Positions 26,505-35,138 of a stretch of 64,000 nucleotides of DNA are shown piece after piece. This stretch comes from Minisyncoccota bacterium (GTDB lineage Bacteria; Patescibacteriota; Minisyncoccia; UBA6257; HR35). The stretch's first letter is position 1. Each line of letters opens with the position of its first letter. The DNA is taken from contig JAVVGJ010000002.1 in NCBI GenBank assembly GCA_032249155.1, forward strand, positions 10,836-74,835. Reading direction: 5' to 3'. Made by a program: the position numbers and the translations under genes. Under the pieces are notes generated by a model, which searched no databases, was not told the DNA's origin, and was given only the letters and a program-made list of their open reading frames with translations.

Positions 26505-27932
26505 TTATTTAGCTTCTTCTTTTTTCTTCAAAAATCTATACCACATATAAATGTTGATAAGAAGAATCAAAAGAAGAAGGAGAAGCCAAAAGTTTTGGAA
26601 GATGCCGCCTATAAAACCTAAAAGAGGGGAAAGAAAGTTACTTCTTGTTTTTACTTCTAAATTACCATCATAATCATAATTAGCTCCTGGTGTTTTAAGA
26701 TCTATCTTAAAAGCATAAACTCCCTCTTTGACATCACAAGTAGGATTAACTTCCCATTTAACTAAAGTTGTAGAACGAGGTTTTAATATTAAAACTTTAG
26801 GATTAGGTTTAAACCAGTTTTCAGCATCTCCATAAACAGTTAAAGTAACCTTTCTGTTAACTGAAGTATTATTAACTAAAGTAACTTGAATTTCATTTTT
26901 TTCACAAGAGTAAACAAGATAAGATGAGTCTAAGAGAACGTCAACTAGTCTTGCTTGAGAAGTTAATATTGGCACATTTTGAGTAACAACTCTTGTTCTA
27001 GTTACAAAAACATTTCTGCCAACATTTATAAGAATTTCTTTAGAAGCCGAAGCACCTTGATTGTCTGTCACAGTAAGTTTTATTCTGTATGTTCCTGAAG
27101 CTAAAGCACGAGAAAAAGTTTTATTTGTAGAAGCGATTTCTCCATTAACTCTCCATTCATAAAAAACGATGTAACCATCGGGATCATAAGAGTTAGAAGC
27201 ATCAAAGGTAACGATAGTTCCTGGGAGAATGGTTTCAGGTGTAAAAGCAATTATAGGAACCGGAGATTGATTTGTAAGTAAAGGATTTATAGTAATCGGG
27301 AATGATGGTCCAGAAGAAACGTTAACTGAGCAAGTAGCAAATTGTGTTTGGCTTCCTGAAGTAACAACTAATGTAGCTGTATAAGTTCCTGGAGAAGAAA
27401 ATGATCGAGAACAAGTTGAAGAAAAACCGCTGCAAGCACCTGACCAAGAATAAGAATAAACACCAGTGCCACCACTTACGTTAGCATAAAAAGTTACTGT
27501 TTGATTTAAATTAGCTGGATTAGGTGAAGCATAACAGGAAACGTAAAGTGATGCTCCGCATTGGGTTCTAAAAGAATAAGTTTGTCCATAATTTGTTCCT
27601 CCAGAATTTCTGGAAACAGCTCGGTAATAATATGTTTGACATGGTTGAAGACCTGAAATCTGAGAGCAGAATCTATAGGGAGTATAAGAAACATAAAGAG
27701 ATTGAGATGGGGTTTGATTACCTAAACTAGGAGAAGTTCCCCATTCAAACCAAGCAGTTATATTTGGATCACCACCATTATCTTGAATTTCACCAACTAA
27801 AGTTGCCCAGGTATCACCATATTGAGTATTTCCTGGGCATGACTGAGCTAAAGAGAAAAGATAAGGCAAAAACAAAATAGCTGCTAAAATTATTAAGAAT
27901 TTTTTGTTTTTTATGTTTTTTATTTTAACCAT
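26505..27932 (-). CDS. Secreted PKD-domain surface protein with C-terminal TM anchor (paralog A)
   Basis: The start is placed at the internal MVKIKNIKNKKFLIILAAILFLPYLFSLAQS signal peptide. There is a WFEWGT...CQTYYYRA fold and PKD-like repeats (FYANVSGGTGVYSYSW; ITFDASNSYDPDGYIVFYEWRVNG...YRIKLTVTDNQGA). The C-terminus is a hydrophobic anchor followed by KKKEEAK. Confidence 0.6.
   Translation of the reverse strand: MVKIKNIKNKKFLIILAAILFLPYLFSLAQSCPGNTQYGDTWATLVGEIQDNGGDPNITAWFEWGTSPSLGNQTPSQSLYVSYTPYRFCSQISGLQPCQTYYYRAVSRNSGGTNYGQTYSFRTQCGASLYVSCYASPNPANLNQTVTFYANVSGGTGVYSYSWSGACSGFSSTCSRSFSSPGTYTATLVVTSGSQTQFATCSVNVSSGPSFPITINPLLTNQSPVPIIAFTPETILPGTIVTFDASNSYDPDGYIVFYEWRVNGEIASTNKTFSRALASGTYRIKLTVTDNQGASASKEILINVGRNVFVTRTRVVTQNVPILTSQARLVDVLLDSSYLVYSCEKNEIQVTLVNNTSVNRKVTLTVYGDAENWFKPNPKVLILKPRSTTLVKWEVNPTCDVKEGVYAFKIDLKTPGANYDYDGNLEVKTRSNFLSPLLGFIGGIFQNFWLLLLLLILLINIYMWYRFLKKKEEAK
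27373..27821. repeat. 449-bp perfect direct repeat, copy 1 (inside paralog A)
   Basis: Identical base for base to 28534-28982 at an offset of 1161 bp. Diverged similarity extends about 30 bp further upstream. Confidence 0.9.
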
Positions 27933-27997
27933 TGTTTTAAAATTTAAGCTTAATTTCATATTATAATTATAAATCATTTTTAATAAATTGTCAATAC

Positions 27998-28408
27998 TTA
28001 AAAAATAATCCATTTTAATATATTTTTTTTATAGCTTTTGTTATTTTTTGAAGAAGTATCTTTACATAAAGTCTTTATGCTTTTAGTTTCTCCATAATTT
28101 GTACCAGCAGAATTTTTAGCAGCAGCTCTATAATAATAAACTGTGCAAGGTTTAAGGTTATTTTCTCTTAAGCAGAAAATTTTAGGTTCTCTAAGTTCTA
28201 GTTCTTTTGTCTTTTTGTCTAAGTTTTCTTTTTTTAATCCATACTCAAACCAAACAATAACTTTTTCATCACCTCCAAGTCCATCTAATTTACCTACAAA
28301 ATCAATATAATTCCTACCAGGTGTTGTTTTGGGCGGACAAACTTCAGCAAAAGCAAATCCTGAAAAAACAAAAATCGTTAAAAGAAGAAATATTAAAAAC
28401 TTTTTCAT
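27998..28408 (-). CDS. Small secreted protein with the same WFEYG...C.YYYRA.A.N..GTNYG domain (diverged paralog)
   Basis: 136 aa with the signal peptide MKKFLIFLLLTIFVFSGFAFA. The FEYGLKKENLDKKTKELELREPKIFCLRENNLKPCTVYYYRAAAKNSAGTNYGETKSIKTLC region parallels the N-domain of the flanking paralogs. Confidence 0.5.
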   Translation of the reverse strand: MKKFLIFLLLTIFVFSGFAFAEVCPPKTTPGRNYIDFVGKLDGLGGDEKVIVWFEYGLKKENLDKKTKELELREPKIFCLRENNLKPCTVYYYRAAAKNSAGTNYGETKSIKTLCKDTSSKNNKSYKKNILKWIIF

Positions 28409-28421
28409 TTTTATTCAACGC

Positions 28422-29090
28422 TTATAAAGTAGTGACTGGAGGTAAAGTAATAACTACTGGTGGCCTTACTGGTTGATTAATCGTTACTGAACAAGAAGCA
28501 GATTGAGTTTGGCTTCCTGAAGTAACAGTCACTGTAGCTGTATAAGTTCCTGGAGAAGAAAATGATCGAGAACAAGTTGAAGAAAAACCGCTGCAAGCAC
28601 CTGACCAAGAATAAGAATAAACACCAGTGCCACCACTTACGTTAGCATAAAAAGTTACTGTTTGATTTAAATTAGCTGGATTAGGTGAAGCATAACAGGA
28701 AACGTAAAGTGATGCTCCGCATTGGGTTCTAAAAGAATAAGTTTGTCCATAATTTGTTCCTCCAGAATTTCTGGAAACAGCTCGGTAATAATATGTTTGA
28801 CATGGTTGAAGACCTGAAATCTGAGAGCAGAATCTATAGGGAGTATAAGAAACATAAAGAGATTGAGATGGGGTTTGATTACCTAAACTAGGAGAAGTTC
28901 CCCATTCAAACCAAGCAGTTATATTTGGATCACCACCATTATCTTGAATTTCACCAACTAAAGTTGCCCAGGTATCACCATAAGTTGTTTGAGAAGGACA
29001 AGAAATTTGAGCAGATGTTTTCTTTTGAAAAAGATAAAATGTTAATAAAAGACCTGTAAGAATTGTTAGAAGAAAAATTAACTTTTTCAT
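28422..29090 (-). CDS. Secreted PKD-domain protein (paralog B), C-terminus ...PPVVITLPPVTTL
   Basis: 222 aa with a signal peptide. Residues about 37-190 are identical to paralog A because of the 449-bp repeat. Confidence 0.6.
   Translation of the reverse strand: MKKLIFLLTILTGLLLTFYLFQKKTSAQISCPSQTTYGDTWATLVGEIQDNGGDPNITAWFEWGTSPSLGNQTPSQSLYVSYTPYRFCSQISGLQPCQTYYYRAVSRNSGGTNYGQTYSFRTQCGASLYVSCYASPNPANLNQTVTFYANVSGGTGVYSYSWSGACSGFSSTCSRSFSSPGTYTATVTVTSGSQTQSASCSVTINQPVRPPVVITLPPVTTL
28534..28982. repeat. 449-bp perfect direct repeat, copy 2 (inside paralog B)
   Basis: Identical to 27373-27821. Confidence 0.9.
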
Positions 29091-29103
29091 GGTTTTTTAA
29101 AAT

Positions 29104-29886
29104 TTAATAAGTAATGATCGGTGGTAAAGTAATAACAAGTGGCGGAAGTAAGCGATTAATAGTAAAAGTAACAGATTTTCTACATTCTTGAGAACAATTA
29201 TTAATATCTCCAACGCAATGTTTCCAAATTCTTGTCCAAGTAAATGTACCAGAAGTATAAGCTTTACACTTTGTTTCCCAACCAAAAATAGTTTCAGTAC
29301 AATTCATTACTCCTCCAGAAAATTCATTTCTCCACCAAGTAGAAGCATCTCCTGCTGTAACTTTAAAAGTTATCCAATCACCAACATTAGAAGGATTAGG
29401 AATAACAGAAAGTTGAACTTCATTTTCATTACATTGAATTTGACCTCCACCACCGCTGCCGCCGCCACCTGAAGTTCCTGACCACCAAACTATATAACCT
29501 TTAAGGTTAGAACCGTCACATGACCATCCACCTCCAGATCTACAATCTTTATTAAAGACATCGATCTGAACAGTCTTATCAGATCCTACAGAAGCATAAT
29601 TTTTTACATAAGCAGTGCTTCCAGGACCTAATTTAACTTCATTGCTTCGGCATTCTATTTGTCTTCCTGAACAAGTATAAACAAAAATCCATTCACCACT
29701 TCTAGCAGTGCATTTACCTGTAATCATATCACATATAGCATCACAAGCATAAAAATTTGCTGTTGTTCCCGTACCGCATAAATTAGTATACTCTCCACCA
29801 AAGGGAGGCGTATAGCCAGCAAATACAAGTTGATATAAAGTTAAAGATAAAAAGAGGAAAGTTATAAAAAAATAAAATTTTTTCAT
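29104..29886 (-). CDS. Secreted Cys-rich protein with poly-Gly linker, C-terminus ...LPPLVITLPPIITY
   Basis: The start is placed at the internal MKKFYFFITFLFLSLTLYQLVFA signal peptide. It has many Cys, a GGGGSGGGG linker, and a C-terminal motif shared with paralog B. Confidence 0.5.
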   Translation of the reverse strand: MKKFYFFITFLFLSLTLYQLVFAGYTPPFGGEYTNLCGTGTTANFYACDAICDMITGKCTARSGEWIFVYTCSGRQIECRSNEVKLGPGSTAYVKNYASVGSDKTVQIDVFNKDCRSGGGWSCDGSNLKGYIVWWSGTSGGGGSGGGGQIQCNENEVQLSVIPNPSNVGDWITFKVTAGDASTWWRNEFSGGVMNCTETIFGWETKCKAYTSGTFTWTRIWKHCVGDINNCSQECRKSVTFTINRLLPPLVITLPPIITY

Positions 29887-29958
29887 TTTTTTAATTTTAT
29901 TTATAATTTTAATTACTGACTTAATTAGATTATAGCATACAATATATTTTGTGTCAAG

Positions 29959-30033
29959 GGTGGGCGACCGGGCTCGAACCGGCAACCTGAGGCTCCACAG
30001 GCCTCCGCTCTAACCAATTGAGCTACGCCCACC
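29959..30033 (-). tRNA. tRNA-His (anticodon GTG) with encoded G-1
   Basis: The reverse complement G-GTGGGCGTAGCTCAATTGGTTAGAGCGGAGGCCTGTGGAGCCTCAGGTTGCCGGTTCGAGCCCGGTCGCCCAC-C folds with an acceptor GTGGGCG/CGCCCAC and an anticodon loop CTGTGGA. An extra 5' G pairs with the discriminator C73, which is the hallmark of tRNA-His. Confidence 0.85.
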
Positions 30034-30050
30034 ATATAGCTATATTTTTA

Positions 30051-30866
30051 TTATACCACCAAAATTTCCTCTATAATCCTTTTTAAATTCTTAATCTCTT
30101 CATCATTTAAACCACTTATCTTTTTTAAATAACTATCATCTTTATTTAAAAAATCTTTAATAGAAACAATATCATAGTTAAAAAGAGAAGTTAAAGTTTT
30201 TTTAGAAAGGAAATCAAAAATGGTTAAAGGGTAAAAATGTTTTTCTTCTATGAGTTTTGGCAAATTTTTTTCTAAAGGAAAATTCCAGGAAAGGAGATTA
30301 ATAGAGTAGCATTTAGCAAATTCAACAGCTTCTGAGGTAAATTTAGTGTTAGTAACCAGAAGAAGTTTATAATCTTTATTTGTTTTCAAAATATCTAAAT
30401 GTCTTGCATAAGCATAAAGTACTGTTTTAATATCATTTTTTTTACCTTTTTCTTGATGAAATTTACATTCTCCTAAAAATTTTTCATTATTCTTTTCAAC
30501 CAAAAGATCTATCTCATAACTTAAACAAAAACCTTTAAAAATTAGGTTATGTTTAGCAAAATATCCATATTCTTTGAATAGATGGGCAATATATTTCTCG
30601 AAAGGATAACCGCTAGGGCCTAAAAGATAAAGAGAGTTTTTAAGATTAAATCTATAAGCACTGCTTCTTTTTTCTTTCTTTAATTCTTCGAAAATAAATC
30701 TATAAAGCTCTTTAGTGGTAACTACTTCTGGTAATTTTTCTTTAATTTTTTTTAAAATTTTCTCTATATCTTCTTCTGAAACTTTAGCTCTTTTTAAAGC
30801 AGAAATTACTTTCTCTTCTCTATATTCTTCTTTAGTTTTATCACTTTTGATAACATAAAGTAGCAT
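30051..30866 (-). CDS. ATP-cone domain fused to PD-(D/E)xK (Mrr-like) restriction-endonuclease-fold nuclease, with C-terminal HhH-like tail
   Basis: 271 aa. The N-terminal YVIKSDKTKEEYREEKVISALKRAKVSEEDIEKILKKIKEKLPEVVTTKELYRFIFEEL fits the ATP-cone (NrdR/RNR regulatory) pattern. The middle region PFEKYIAHLFKEYGY...SYEIDLLVEKNNEKFLGECKF...KLLLVTNTKFTSEAVEFAK carries a D...EID...ECK PD-(D/E)xK signature as in Mrr_cat. The C-terminal ISGLNDEEIKNLKRIIE is helix-hairpin-helix-like. Confidence 0.5.
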   Translation of the reverse strand: MLLYVIKSDKTKEEYREEKVISALKRAKVSEEDIEKILKKIKEKLPEVVTTKELYRFIFEELKKEKRSSAYRFNLKNSLYLLGPSGYPFEKYIAHLFKEYGYFAKHNLIFKGFCLSYEIDLLVEKNNEKFLGECKFHQEKGKKNDIKTVLYAYARHLDILKTNKDYKLLLVTNTKFTSEAVEFAKCYSINLLSWNFPLEKNLPKLIEEKHFYPLTIFDFLSKKTLTSLFNYDIVSIKDFLNKDDSYLKKISGLNDEEIKNLKRIIEEILVV

Positions 30867-31399
30867 TAATCTTTAAAATTTTTATATGCTTTTTCAATTC
30901 TTTTTATGGCTTCACTTCTGTCAAGCCAGTCTTTAACTTTAACCCATTTTCCTGGTTCTAAGGTTTTATAATTTTCAAAAAAGTGTTTAATTTTATTTTT
31001 TATAGCTTCGGGGATTTCATTAATATTTTTATAAGTACCTTCAATAGGATCGATTTTTTCGACAGGAACAGCTAAAATTTTTTCATCTAAACCTGCTTCA
31101 TCTTCCATAATTAAAACTCCAATTGGTTTTACTTTTATAAGAGATCCTGGCAAAACAGGAAGATCGCAAATTACTAAAACATCAACAGGATCACCATCAT
31201 CGGCTAAAGTATGTGGCATAAAACCATAATTAAAAGGATAAACCATAGCAGTATGGAGGAATCTGTCAACTTTTAAAAAACCTGTTTCTTTATCAAGTTC
31301 ATATTTAACACTTGTACCTTGAGGTATTTCAATAACGACGTAAAACTCTTCAAAGGATTCTAAATTGCTATTTATTTTTTTAAGATCCATTTTTAACAA
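30866..31399 (-). CDS. ppa: Inorganic pyrophosphatase (family I)
   Basis: 177 aa. [57 protein letters not shown] matches the family I PPase active-site region. Confidence 0.9.
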   Translation of the reverse strand: MLKMDLKKINSNLESFEEFYVVIEIPQGTSVKYELDKETGFLKVDRFLHTAMVYPFNYGFMPHTLADDGDPVDVLVICDLPVLPGSLIKVKPIGVLIMEDEAGLDEKILAVPVEKIDPIEGTYKNINEIPEAIKNKIKHFFENYKTLEPGKWVKVKDWLDRSEAIKRIEKAYKNFKD

Positions 31400-31407
31400 A
31401 AATTAAA

Positions 31408-32514
31408 TTAACTTTCCGACCCTAATGGTTCAGCTACTCCTCCTTCAACTAACTTTTCTGGTGCTGAAGCTAAACGAACATCTATTTTCCAACCAGTTAA
31501 ACGTGCGGCTAACTTTATATTTTGTCCTTTAGCTCCTATTGCTAATGGTAAATTGGCTTCATCAACTAAAACAAGCATTGTTCTTTTAGGCATTTGCCTA
31601 ACTTCTAAAACTTTTGCTGGGACCAATGCATTGGCAACATATTTTGTCGGATCTTCATCCCATAAAACAACATCGATTTTTTCGTTATTTAATTCATTCA
31701 TTATCGAAATAATTCTTGCTCCTTTGGCCCCAATGCAAGCACCAATAGGATCAATATTTGGAGATTTTGACCAAACAGCTATTTTGCTTCTTACTCCTGG
31801 TTCTCTAGCTATACCTTTTATTTCTACTAAACCCTCGGCTATTTCTGGTACCTCCACTTGAAAAATAGCTGGAATGAAGAGAGGATGCGCTCTAGAAAGA
31901 AAAACTTTTACTCCTTGCGGAGTATTTTCAACAGCATAAACATAAAATCTCATTCTTTGCCCTGGCTTACAGTTTTCTCCAGGTATGGTTTCATTTTTAA
32001 ACATCACACCTAAAATTCTTCCTAGATTAACAAGAATATTACCGTTAGCATCCTTTTTTTCTATAGTACCCGAAATAACTTTGCCTTCCTTTAATTTAAA
32101 TTCTTCATAAAGGTTTTCTTTTTCAGCTTCTCTTATTTTTTGAATAATTACTTGCTTAGCTACTTGAGCTCCAATTCTGCTAAAATCTTCTATTGCTGGA
32201 AGTTCAAGTAAAATTTCTTCACCACAAACAGCGTGAGGATTTATCTTTTTAGCTTCTTCGAGCATAATTTCTTTTGTTTCATCGAAATTTTTTTCTTTAA
32301 GCTCTTCTTCGCAAACAACAGTTTTAGCTAAATAAAATTTTATTTCTCCAGAAGCAGTTTTCCTTGCTTTAACTATGCCCTCTTTAATATTTTGATCTCT
32401 TTTATAAGCAGCACTTAAAGCACTTAAAAAAGCTTCTTCGACAACATTTAAAGGAAGATTGTATTCTTCAGCTATCTTTTCTAAATAACTTTGAAAACTT
32501 TTAATATTAATCAT
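31408..32514 (-). CDS. nusA: Transcription termination/antitermination factor NusA
   Basis: 368 aa with an N-terminal domain, an S1 domain, and two KH domains (GAQVAKQVIIQKIREAE; IGACIGAKGARI). Confidence 0.85.
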   Translation of the reverse strand: MINIKSFQSYLEKIAEEYNLPLNVVEEAFLSALSAAYKRDQNIKEGIVKARKTASGEIKFYLAKTVVCEEELKEKNFDETKEIMLEEAKKINPHAVCGEEILLELPAIEDFSRIGAQVAKQVIIQKIREAEKENLYEEFKLKEGKVISGTIEKKDANGNILVNLGRILGVMFKNETIPGENCKPGQRMRFYVYAVENTPQGVKVFLSRAHPLFIPAIFQVEVPEIAEGLVEIKGIAREPGVRSKIAVWSKSPNIDPIGACIGAKGARIISIMNELNNEKIDVVLWDEDPTKYVANALVPAKVLEVRQMPKRTMLVLVDEANLPLAIGAKGQNIKLAARLTGWKIDVRLASAPEKLVEGGVAEPLGSES

Positions 32515-32567
32515 TTTCTAAAATTATAACACAAATTAAAACTACTAAATTTAAAAATTTTTTAAAG

Positions 32568-33380
32568 TTATCTCAAAAGAGGATTAGAAGCACCTCTAAC
32601 TTCGAAATGAAGATGGCAACCTGTAGCTCCTTTTGTTTTTCCAGTATTTCCTACATAACCTATAAGATCTCCTTTTTCTATATATTCTCCTTCTTCAGCA
32701 ACTCTTAAGCTTAAATGCCCATAAAGAGTGGAAAAACCTTTATGATAAATAACTATATAATTACCGTAACCTCCATTCCAACCATCTTTAGAAATAACCA
32801 CATAACCGCTTTGCGAAGCATAAACAGGTTCACCACAAGGAGCAGCAATATCTGTAGCATTGTTTCCATGCCTTTCACCAAAATTAAATCCAGAAACAGG
32901 TATGATGATATTTCCTAAACTTTCTAATGCAGAAACAAATTTAGATCTATATTTTCCTTTCGGCTCAACAAAAGTTTTTTGACTTACTTCTACTAAATTT
33001 GATTTTTCTCCAGGAATTTTTATTTTCATACCATAAACTAAATCTGTTTCTTTTTTAAAACCATTTAAAACCATAAGATCATCAATGGGAACTTTAAGCT
33101 TTTTACTCAAACTCCAAAGAGTATCTCCTTTTTTAACTTTATAAAACCAAAACTTTTGATTAATTTTTTGAGAAACAATTTTTTCTAATTCTTCATCATT
33201 AATCTCATATTCATAATCTAGAAAACCAATTTCTGTTTTTTGTAAGTAGGAAACATTTCCTAAGTTGCTATTCAAATCTGTTGAAAGAAAATCTTCTCCA
33301 AAAGCTAATCTAAAAACGAAAAATAAAGCTATAAAATAAAAAAAGTACTTTAAATAATAAGTACTAATTTTTGATTTCAA
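32568..33380 (-). CDS. LysM-domain M23 family peptidoglycan endopeptidase
   Basis: 270 aa with a signal/TM region, a LysM domain (YKVKKGDTLWSLSKKLKVPIDDL), and M23 motifs (HxxxD and HLHFEV). Confidence 0.8.
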   Translation of the reverse strand: MKSKISTYYLKYFFYFIALFFVFRLAFGEDFLSTDLNSNLGNVSYLQKTEIGFLDYEYEINDEELEKIVSQKINQKFWFYKVKKGDTLWSLSKKLKVPIDDLMVLNGFKKETDLVYGMKIKIPGEKSNLVEVSQKTFVEPKGKYRSKFVSALESLGNIIIPVSGFNFGERHGNNATDIAAPCGEPVYASQSGYVVISKDGWNGGYGNYIVIYHKGFSTLYGHLSLRVAEEGEYIEKGDLIGYVGNTGKTKGATGCHLHFEVRGASNPLLR

Positions 33381-33434
33381 GATTTATTTTCGTCCTTAGT
33401 AAAATAATTATATCAAAAAAAGATTTTTAAAAAA

Positions 33435-34166
33435 ATGAAAAAGAGGATAAAATTTAGCCAAGTTTTCCTAAAAAATCAAAGCTATCTTAAAAAAATTGCT
33501 TCTGCCTTAGATATAAGTGAAAATGATATTATTGTGGAAATTGGAGGCGGCAGAGGTGAGTTAACAAAGTTTTTAACAAAAGCAAAAAAACTTTTTGTTT
33601 ATGAAATTGATAAAAATTTAGTTAACATTTTAAAAGAAAAGTTTAAAAGCTTTGAAAATGTTTTTATTATAAATCAAGATTTTCTTAAAGCTGATTTAAG
33701 TGAATATAAAGAGAGTTATAAGCTTGTTGGAAATATTCCTTACGAAATTACAGGAAAAATTTTTAGAAAAGTTCTTAATGAAAAAAATAAACCCAAGCTT
33801 CTTGTTTTTACTTTACAAAAAGAAGTTGGAGAAAAAATTATAGGTAAAGGAAAAATTAGTTTTTGGCATATTTGGATAAAAACTTTGGGAATAGTTAAGA
33901 ATTTGGGAATAATCAAAAAAGAAAATTTTTCTCCTATTCCCAAAGTAGATTCAATGATTATCAAAATAGAATTTTACGAAAAACCTCTTGTAAAGGATCC
34001 AGAAAAATTTGTAAAATTTCTAAAAATTCTTTTTAATTCACCAAACAAAAAACTAAAACATAAAATCAAAAATTTACCAGAAAATTACAAAGAAAAAAGA
34101 ATTTTCGAACTTAATTTCGAAGAAATCAAAAAACTTTATGAAAATCTATTTGACTTCTACTCTTAG
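33435..34166 (+). CDS. rsmA: 16S rRNA (adenine1518/1519-N6)-dimethyltransferase KsgA/RsmA
   Basis: 243 aa. It has the SAM-binding VEIGGGRGELT and LVGNIPYEITGKIFRKVL motifs. Confidence 0.85.
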   Translation: MKKRIKFSQVFLKNQSYLKKIASALDISENDIIVEIGGGRGELTKFLTKAKKLFVYEIDKNLVNILKEKFKSFENVFIINQDFLKADLSEYKESYKLVGNIPYEITGKIFRKVLNEKNKPKLLVFTLQKEVGEKIIGKGKISFWHIWIKTLGIVKNLGIIKKENFSPIPKVDSMIIKIEFYEKPLVKDPEKFVKFLKILFNSPNKKLKHKIKNLPENYKEKRIFELNFEEIKKLYENLFDFYS

Positions 34167-35042
34167 ATTAAATTCATTATTATTTTCATTGCTTGCCCTA
34201 AGTAATTTGCTAAACTAGATGTGCTTATTTTGTTTTCTGGTGTTTCTGGATAAGGATATCTATAAAATTCCATACCAAAAACTTCTAGGTGGGGAAGTTG
34301 GGTTGTTGGTGGGGGTGTTTGAATTCTACTTATAACTTTTACAGAATCTGAAAGTGATCTAACTGGCATTTCCGGACAAATTTGTGGTGCTAAACATTTA
34401 GGATTGAAATCACAGGTAAAAGTATAAGTATATTCTCCTTGAGGTAAATTAAATGGTACTCTTTCACTTCCTTGAGGAGAAAGATTGGTTCTATTCCAAT
34501 TAGGAACTTCACCACGACAAGAAACTTCAAACATTCTTGGATCATATTCTGCTCTCCAAGAAAGATTAAGTGTTGTAGAACTGTAAACTGTTATAGGACC
34601 GTCAGAATAATTAATTTTTAGATCTACCTTAGGTGTTGAAACTCTTGGTTGAACATAAACCTCAACATAATCAAAAGCTATAAAATCTTCAAAATTTGGA
34701 CTTCCAGAAACTTGCCCTAAGAGAGGCTCAAGATTTTTAGGTAAAGAGGCACAAATTAAAGCATAAGTATATTTACCCTGCCTCCATAAAGTATAAGAGG
34801 TTTGGCCATTAGGATTTCTTACTCCTTTCCAACTTCCTAAAGCATAACAAAACTCTGCTTGCCCTTGCCATTTAAGATAAATCCTTGAACCAGAAGTAAC
34901 ATAAAGAGGTCCATCAGAAAGATTTTGAGTTGAAGTACCAACTTTGATATCTATAAATGCTGAACTTCCTGTTTGACCTAAAACAAATATTATTGGGGAA
35001 AAAAGAGGTTAAGATTAGTAATAAAATTATCTTTTTAAACAT
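34163..35042 (-). pseudogene. Secreted protein gene interrupted by a frameshift in a T6C4 homopolymer tract (possible phase-variable locus or sequencing error)
   Basis: The ATG at 35040-35042 (minus) encodes MFKKIILLLILTSFF, then hits a stop after 42 codons. Directly after the tract (plus-strand GGGGAAAAAA at 34995-35004), another frame continues SPIIFVLGQTGSSAFIDIKVG... for about 280 aa into the annotated 123-aa ORF. Removing 1 nt restores a classic signal peptide MFKKIILLLILTSFFSPIIFVLG|QT. Confidence 0.6.
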
Positions 35043-35138
35043 TGATTTTTTTACCTAATTCGACCTTCTTTTACTTTAGATTTTAAAAAACTTTTTTGAA
35101 AAAAAATTAATTTGTGGAAATAAAATTATAGTTAAATA

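Noticed and set aside
27506-27694. Two identical 62-aa ORFs (27506-27694 and 28667-28855), which might suggest a duplicated small gene.
   Set aside because: They are out-of-frame shadows of the 449-bp perfect repeat inside the PKD paralogs, not independent genes.
29440-29480. A G/C-rich run (ggtggcggcggcagcggtggtggagg) that looks like a simple-sequence repeat or possible G-quadruplex.
   Set aside because: On the coding (minus) strand it simply encodes the GGGGSGGGG flexible linker of the Cys-rich secreted protein.
30034-30050. The palindrome atatagctatat between the ATP-cone nuclease gene and tRNA-His as a terminator or operator.
   Set aside because: It is a 12-bp all-A/T palindrome with no G/C stem or U-tract. 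It is too weak to call, though it could be a protein-binding site.
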